DNA of 42,277 nt. Source: Octopus bimaculoides (lineage: Eukaryota). The translations under genes were made by a program, and so were the position numbers. Below, piece by piece: positions 34,985-42,277 of the stretch. The first letter of the stretch is position 1. Every line of letters begins with the position of its first letter. The notes under the pieces were generated by a model. The model did not search any database. It had not been told where the DNA came from and worked only from the letters and a program-made list of their open reading frames with translations. The stretch spans positions 33,157,965-33,200,241 of the forward strand of contig NC_068982.1 of the NCBI RefSeq assembly GCF_001194135.2. The letters are read 5' to 3'.

Positions 34985-35684
34985 NNNNNNNNNNNNNNNN
35001 NNNNNNNNNNNNNNNNNNNNNNNNNNNNNNNNNNNNNNNNNNNNNNNNNNNNNNNNNNNNNNNNNNNNNNNNNNNNNNNNNNNNNNNNNNNNNNNNNNNN
35101 NNNNNNNNNNNNNNNNNNNNNNNNNNNNNNNNNNNNNNNNNNNNNNNNNNNNNNNNNNNNNNNNNNNNNNNNNNNNNNNNNNNNNNNNNNNNNNNNNNNN
35201 NNNNNNNNNNNNNNNNNNNNNNNNNNNNNNNNNNNNNNNNNNNNNNNNNNNNNNNNNNNNNNNNNNNNNNNNNNNNNNNNNNNNNNNNNNNNNNNNNNNN
35301 NNNNNNNNNNNNNNNNNNNNNNNNNNNNNNNNNNNNNNNNNNNNNNNNNNNNNNNNNNNNNNNNNNNNNNNNNNNNNNNNNNNNNNNNNNNNNNNNNNNN
35401 NNNNNNNNNNNNNNNNNNNNNNNNNNNNNNNNNNNNNNNNNNNNNNNNNNNNNNNNNNNNNNNNNNNNNNNNNNNNNNNNNNNNNNNNNNNNNNNNNNNN
35501 NNNNNNNNNNNNNNNNNNNNNNNNNNNNNNNNNNNNNNNNNNNNNNNNNNNNNNNNNNNNNNNNNNNNNNNNNNNNNNNNNNNNNNNNNNNNNNNNNNNN
35601 NNNNNNNNNNNNNNNNNNNNNNNNNNNNNNNNNNNNNNNNNNNNNNNNNNNNNNNNNNNNNNNNNNNNNNNNNNNNNNNNNNNN

Positions 35685-35721
<37 letters not shown>

Positions 35722-35823
35722 AACACTTTTATTCGTTTTGATCAGCGATGTATAACAACATCCGATTACATGATCACATGTAAGAGAGCGCCATTTCCAT
35801 AGAAAATTAGGAACACAAGTTAC

Positions 35824-35874
35824 CTGTGCTTGACTGAAAGTTTCTTGAGGTCTTGAAAGAGGCAGAGGGTAGCA
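35824..35874 (-). CDS. Candidate 51-nt exon
   Basis: Acceptor ttcacctttgcag and donor CAG|GTAACT; length is divisible by 3 and all three frames are open (e.g. LPSASFKTSRNFQSST). No homology recognised. Confidence 0.35.
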
Positions 35875-36069
35875 CTGCAAAGGTGAACCGAGTTATTTTT
35901 CATTGCTGCCACCGTAGACTATTTTTTTAATTTCCACCCGTTCGACGCACCAGCAACAACAACCATTATCTACAATTTTCGTGGTTTGGAATTTGATTGC
36001 CCTCTTTAGCATGTAAGAAGTCCACATGGTGGTCTTCTCTTCGTGTATGAATTTTTATACATTCTTATA

Positions 36070-36515
36070 TGTGTGGTAAGTAGCTTGCTTACAAACCACA
36101 TGATACCGGGTTCATTCCCAATGCGTGGCAACTTGGGCAAGTGTCTTCTACAATAGCCTCGAACTGACCAAAGCCTTGTGAGTGGATTTGATAGACGGAA
36201 ACTGAAAGAAGCCCGTCGTATATATATATATGTGTGTATGTATGTGCTTGTGGGTGTGTGTGTGTCTGTGTGTGTGTCTGTGTGTGTGTGTCTGTGTGTG
36301 TGTCAGTGTGTGTGTCTGTGTGTGTGTCTATGTTTGTCCCACCACCATCGCTTGACAACCGTAACTTAGCGGTTCAGTAAAAGAGAAGGATAGAATAAGT
36401 AATAAGCTTCCACCCAATAAGTCCTAGGGTCGATTTTTTTCGACTAATGGTAGTGTTCCAACATGACCGCAGTCAAATAACTAAAACAAATAGAAGAATA
36501 AAAGAATAAAAGAAT
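36070..36515 (+). mobile_element. SINE family A, full length
   Basis: tgtgtggtaagtagcttgc...gggttcattccc...cttgggcaagtgtcttctac...gaagcccgtcg(TA/TG)n...gaccgcagtcaaataactaaaacaaatagaagaataaaagaataaaag. Confidence 0.9.
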
Positions 36516-36537
36516 ATATATATGTATGTATGTGTGC

Positions 36538-36570
<33 letters not shown>

Positions 36571-37480
36571 NNNNNNNNNNNNNNNNNNNNNNNNNNNNNN
36601 NNNNNNNNNNNNNNNNNNNNNNNNNNNNNNNNNNNNNNNNNNNNNNNNNNNNNNNNNNNNNNNNNNNNNNNNNNNNNNNNNNNNNNNNNNNNNNNNNNNN
36701 NNNNNNNNNNNNNNNNNNNNNNNNNNNNNNNNNNNNNNNNNNNNNNNNNNNNNNNNNNNNNNNNNNNNNNNNNNNNNNNNNNNNNNNNNNNNNNNNNNNN
36801 NNNNNNNNNNNNNNNNNNNNNNNNNNNNNNNNNNNNNNNNNNNNNNNNNNNNNNNNNNNNNNNNNNNNNNNNNNNNNNNNNNNNNNNNNNNNNNNNNNNN
36901 NNNNNNNNNNNNNNNNNNNNNNNNNNNNNNNNNNNNNNNNNNNNNNNNNNNNNNNNNNNNNNNNNNNNNNNNNNNNNNNNNNNNNNNNNNNNNNNNNNNN
37001 NNNNNNNNNNNNNNNNNNNNNNNNNNNNNNNNNNNNNNNNNNNNNNNNNNNNNNNNNNNNNNNNNNNNNNNNNNNNNNNNNNNNNNNNNNNNNNNNNNNN
37101 NNNNNNNNNNNNNNNNNNNNNNNNNNNNNNNNNNNNNNNNNNNNNNNNNNNNNNNNNNNNNNNNNNNNNNNNNNNNNNNNNNNNNNNNNNNNNNNNNNNN
37201 NNNNNNNNNNNNNNNNNNNNNNNNNNNNNNNNNNNNNNNNNNNNNNNNNNNNNNNNNNNNNNNNNNNNNNNNNNNNNNNNNNNNNNNNNNNNNNNNNNNN
37301 NNNNNNNNNNNNNNNNNNNNNNNNNNNNNNNNNNNNNNNNNNNNNNNNNNNNNNNNNNNNNNNNNNNNNNNNNNNNNNNNNNNNNNNNNNNNNNNNNNNN
37401 NNNNNNNNNNNNNNNNNNNNNNNNNNNNNNNNNNNNNNNNNNNNNNNNNNNNNNNNNNNNNNNNNNNNNNNNNNNNNNNN

Positions 37481-37549
<69 letters not shown>

Positions 37550-37568
37550 GAGAGTGTGTGTGTGTGTC

Positions 37569-37602
<34 letters not shown>

Positions 37603-37728
37603 CATGTATACATACTTATACACGACCGCACACGTATATAGTAATGGATATACATATGCATTCATTTGTGCGTGTGAGTGTGTCTATGTGAGAATGGGTG
37701 AGTAGCTATCCGTGCGTGCATGTGTGCG

Positions 37729-37782
<54 letters not shown>
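37481..37782. repeat. (AT)n/(GT)n microsatellite island between two gaps
   Basis: Visible runs. Confidence 0.95.
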
Positions 37783-38449
37783 NNNNNNNNNNNNNNNNNN
37801 NNNNNNNNNNNNNNNNNNNNNNNNNNNNNNNNNNNNNNNNNNNNNNNNNNNNNNNNNNNNNNNNNNNNNNNNNNNNNNNNNNNNNNNNNNNNNNNNNNNN
37901 NNNNNNNNNNNNNNNNNNNNNNNNNNNNNNNNNNNNNNNNNNNNNNNNNNNNNNNNNNNNNNNNNNNNNNNNNNNNNNNNNNNNNNNNNNNNNNNNNNNN
38001 NNNNNNNNNNNNNNNNNNNNNNNNNNNNNNNNNNNNNNNNNNACACGTTTATGTTTTTGCTTGGCAAATTCTTTATGTGAAATCGGGTGTTGAAATAGTT
38101 ATTGTTGTACTTGGGAACGGTCGTTTTGCAAATAAATACACACACTATTTATTCGATTTTTACGTTAGCTTTATTCTTATTAGATATTGTTTATTAGTCG
38201 GAGTTCTTTCGTCTCAGGTTTTGTGATCTTTTCAATGGTTACCTGTTCTTCTCTCTGTCTCCCTTTCTTTCTGGCCTTATACTGTTTATTCCATCTTGTC
38301 CTTCTATTCTACGTATCACTATCTGTGATCACTATTGTCTGTGTCTCTGTATGTGTCTTTATGGCTGGCACGTGTATGTGTGTCTTGCGTGCATGTGTAC
38401 AAGTTTGTATATTGCACTGTTTGTTAAGTTGCTGGATGGATGCCTTACT

Positions 38450-40265
38450 ATCACATTCACGTTTTCTGTTGAAGCTCAGTCTACTTTCTATGATGTCTGT
38501 GGCCTCTGTAATCTGCCTGAGAGTTGTGTCAGTCCTATGAGTGAATAGGATCTTAACTTCTTTTCTTATATATCGAGCTCTCTTGTTCTAGTTTGGCATA
38601 TTAGTAGAGCGCTGACTGACTTTTTCTCCTCCTTGAGCCCTCGCCGGTGATTTTTATCCTCTCTCCTATACTACGGGCTGTCTCCCCATTTGTATGTCTT
38701 TGTCATACTTCAGCACCATTCTTCTATACACCTTATTCTATAAATCATATATACCCCTAGTTTTGCAGTTTATCTGTGCGTTTACCCTACTCACAATACA
38801 GTTTCTATCAACACAGAAAGCTCTTTCAAATGGGTATGTTCTACTGATTAAATATTTTATTGGAGCTCCTGGCTTTTCAACTACTTTAATCTCTAGATTC
38901 AGTTTATCTAATGCATTTCTAAAATGATCCGCTAGTTCGCTTCTAGAGGTAGCGTCGATGAACATAACATTCTTGTATTCATGGTTGTCATAGCCCAGAG
39001 TTGGCCTTCTTCCCTCAGTCCTTTCTATGCTATTTCATGAATTGTTCCTGTATAGCGGGCAGATACCATTTGCGACACATTCTATGATGCGCTTAAATTT
39101 TGTCACGGTTCCTTTGTACACTCTGAATCTGTCTTTTTGGCTGTACCCAGAGAACTGCATGCAGTGGATGAAGTACACTATGTGACACTCTAATTCCGTT
39201 GGGTCGCACGTACAGGACACATTTCTCATCACTCTTATAAGGTCCGCTATCAGGATACTGAACCTAGTATAATCAACGATTATACTAGGTATTTTGGCGG
39301 CCATGGGTTTAACATAGTGCGAATAGAGAATTTGGACAACGCAGGTAGTCTGCAATTGGGATGTTTAGTAAGGTGATCTATTGGTTAACTTAATGCTCTG
39401 ATAAATGGAGTTAGCTATTTGCTGGATGCTCTCCATGGTACCAGTTTCTAGTTCAGCTTAATAAGTATTTTCTTGTGAGGATGTTTTTACTACTTTGTTG
39501 AATCAACATAGCGAGAGTAGATGGTTAGGACTATGAAGCTTTCTGTTATGCTTTCTGTGAGTCTCCTATGCCACCATTCCATAAAGAGGATGACCACGCC
39601 GTTAGAGCTTTTAACGCCGATGGCTGCACCATCTTCCAGGTCATATCATATATTTTATTATTGAACTTAAACATGCTGGTCTTTACAGTAATTTTCATAC
39701 TCGCTCCTATCGCATGTGCGATCATTTTTCTCTAATGATCATAATTGTCGAGGGTCCGTATGGCTCTGATTCACCCGTTCCATCTTTCCATGGGAGGCTT
39801 TTGGTCATTGAGATGATGGTAGGAGGTCTACTTCTTTTTGGTCTGCTGGCACAGAAACAGCTAAGGTCGTGTTCTTCTAGGTATATTTTGTCACATGTCA
39901 GTCTAAGGAGGAGGCCACGTCCCTCTATGTCAACACCATGAAACTTCACATGGTTCTCGCTGATCCTCTCCACGCATTCATTCACAGCAAAATCAACGTT
40001 GATGGATGGATGTAGGGATACCACATCCATATTTCCTATTACGTAGCCCATTACGTCGCAGACTCGGTTGCATTGGTTGGATTCTGCTAAGATCTTCCGT
40101 GCTTTCACACACATTCAAGGACATCCTGATTATAGAGCGTATGATCATAGAGAGGAGGTAGGAAATCCTCTAAATGTTAGCAAAATTAGCTCTGCAGATA
40201 TATCTTGTTGGTGGTCTTACCACTGGATCAACTGTTATTTTATGATCTTTGCAGAGTCCATACTG
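38450..40265 (-). mobile_element. Second Penelope-like element (RT plus C-terminal GIY-YIG), degenerate, non-canonical RT type
   Basis: Across frameshifts: KDHK..DPVVRPPTR, IGNMDVVSLHPS (motif A), DGAAIGV..VVILFMEWW (B'), IYSRYVD (C), HYVKPMA, QFSGY, PLYR, IKVVEKPG, a Cys linker, IYRIRC..TY.GETARSIGER, LRQITEA, NRKRE. Confidence 0.85.
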
Positions 40266-41032
40266 CGAACGAAATCGAAATCTTTAAGAAAATGAAACGA
40301 GTTTGTATGCTACGCTTTAAACAACCTTAGCTGTGGAACAAAATCAAAGACATCATCAAAATCTTTAAAATGATGAAAGAATCTCATAGATTTCTATGAA
40401 TTCATACATTAGAATAAAAATAAGAATATTTCTCAAATACGTGATTCCCTGGTAGCCGTGGCTATTGCAAGGGAGATAATCATCTCTGCATAATATCAGG
40501 CACGATTAGAAATTTGAATTTGAAATTAAGAAATTATAGAGAAAGGATGTAAAGATTTGACATATTTAGTTTGTTTGTTTGTTTGTTTTTGTGTTTTTTT
40601 TTTACTTATTACGGAGTTCTAATTCTATTTCTAATCATGTATAGCACCATTTCATTTGTCTAGAAATCGTTCGCATGACATAATCTGTGAATTATTAGTT
40701 AAGCATTTTATTGAGTGAGGTATTTCGTTAAAGAGAGAAATAATTACAGTCGAAAAGAAATTCATGAAATGTCTTGTTTTCTCTTATTTTCTTTATTGAA
40801 CGTTTGTATAAGAATCGGGAGAGAAGAGAGACAGTTCTTAATGTTAACATACAGGATTATTTGTTTCCCTGAAATCCTACCTTGAGAAAATTTCTTATAG
40901 TAGTTAATACTTTCAGATTTAGCTAGAAACAACTTCACAAGCCGTTTCCCGGCGTATTCTCTGGTAATCCTCCATATATGTAATGAAACAGACATGGAAT
41001 TTCCAAAGACAACACTAATTATTGTTAAGGTA

Positions 41033-41349
41033 TGTGGCTTAGTGACTGGGGTATTTGGTTCGCGATCGTAAGGTTGTGAGTTCGATTCCTGGCGGGACGA
41101 TGTATTCAGAGCAAGCCAACTAATTTTACATTGCTCCAGTTCACTCAGCCGGGAAAAATGAGATATGCCTGTAATTCAAAGGGCCAGCTTTGTCACACTC
41201 TGCGTCACACTGAAGTTCCATTAGAACTACGTCAAGGATACGTTTTTATGTGGAGTGCTCAGCCACTTGCACGTTAAAATCTCATAAGCAAGCTGTACGA
41301 TTTGATCGAATCAGCTGCAACACTCGACGCCGAAACCGACGGAGAGCCA
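41033..41349 (+). mobile_element. SINE family C (tRNA head plus distinct body)
   Basis: tgtggcttagtgactgg A-box, gagttcgattcc B-box, ttgctccagttcactcagc, then gtggagtgctcagccacttgcacgttaa; the head matches the 12316-12508 copies. Confidence 0.8.
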
Positions 41350-41659
41350 GGACACCGCTAATTATTATTACGGGAGGTAAAGTGATCAGAGCATCAGAAA
41401 AATGACTTACAATATTTAGTTATGTTTCTTGATGTCCTGCTTTCATATCTCACCCTGTTTATCGTTGTCATTCATCCTCCAAGGCTTGATAAAATGAAGA
41501 ACCAATGAAACGTTGAAGCTGATTTAATCAAATATTTTTTCTTCTCAAAATTTTGTAGAATTGTACTAAAGTTAGAAATTATTCTTAAATAAGGGTCAAG
41601 CATTAACTAAGTCTGATTTAAATGATTATTCTCTGATTATGGCTGTAAACTTATACCGA

Positions 41660-41800
41660 TCTTTTATCTCTAATCTTTTACTTGTTTCAGTCATTAGACT
41701 GCGGCTATGCTGGAGCACCGCCTTGAAATTTTAGTCAAATGAATCGACTCCATTACTTTTTTTTTTAAGCCTGGTAATTTATTCTAGCGGTCTCTTTTGT
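41660..41800 (-). mobile_element. SINE family A, 3' fragment
   Basis: ttttacttgtttcagtcattagactgcggctatgctggagcaccgccttg...gcctggtaatttattctagcggtctcttttg. Confidence 0.85.
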
Positions 41801-41894
41801 GGCGAGTTCGAAATATTGTGAAGCAAGAGCGATAGAGTACAGGCAACAACTGGAGTCGTATTAATGGCCGTTTCTCTATCCCAACATTGGTGTC

Positions 41895-42006
41895 ATTGTG
41901 TCTATCATCATTATCATCACCATTCCGATTATTATTATCATTAATATTGTCATTGTTGTTATTATTGTGGTTGCAGTTGTTGTTGTTGTTCTTCTTCTTC
42001 TTCTTC

Positions 42007-42077
<71 letters not shown>

Positions 42078-42080
42078 GTT
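41895..42080. repeat. Compound trinucleotide repeat (ATC/ATT/GTT/CTT/ATT)n
   Basis: Visible runs; explains the poly-I and poly-L ORFs. Confidence 0.95.
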
Positions 42081-42277
42081 CAGTAGTTTTATTTTTATAA
42101 CGTGCTTTCACTTCACTACCGAGTGCAGCTCTGTGTGTCTTGGGTATGTGCTGTGGTTTGCTGTGGTGCTCTTATGGTTACTGTATTAAAAGTGTTTTGC
42201 GTAGGATGTGTGCAGTGCCCAGTAGTGCAATTTTCTGTAGTGCAATTTTCTGTATGTTATATATATTTGTAAGTCCT

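Noticed and set aside
41887-42189. Poly-Leu and poly-Ile hydrophobic ORFs
   Set aside because: Translations of the (ATT)n/(GTT)n/(CTT)n repeat.

Overview
AT-rich, repeat-dominated animal genomic DNA from a draft assembly. There are 13 N-gaps totalling about 6.4 kb (428-1014, 5600-5991, 6849-7087, 12583-12737, 13433-14146, 16192-16702, 20281-20899, 21692-22233, 32315-32773, 33827-34158, 34985-35684, 36571-37480, 37783-38042), most abutting microsatellites. The very dense (AT)n/(GT)n/(TACA)n tracts and the tRNA-derived SINE families look like octopus (coleoid cephalopod) intronic or intergenic DNA; this is an inference from recalled repeat sequences, not a search result. No intact host gene can be supported, only a few candidate exons. 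The window holds many copies of three SINE families, two degenerate Penelope-like retroelements (PLEs) of clearly different RT type, mariner and Tc1 (DD36E spacing) transposase relics, two hAT/Charlie-like MITEs, an R4/Dong-like RT fragment and several foldback elements. The most notable signal is five hammerhead-ribozyme (HHR)-like motifs in five different sequence contexts. One lies in a 412-bp non-coding element flanked by a 13-bp target-site duplication, one lies downstream of a tRNA-like A/B-box cassette at the 3' end of a PLE, and one is a full-size plus-strand motif in apparently non-repetitive DNA. Each carries at least one lesion predicted to impair cleavage. Most long ORFs in the supplied track are artefacts of microsatellites and N-runs.
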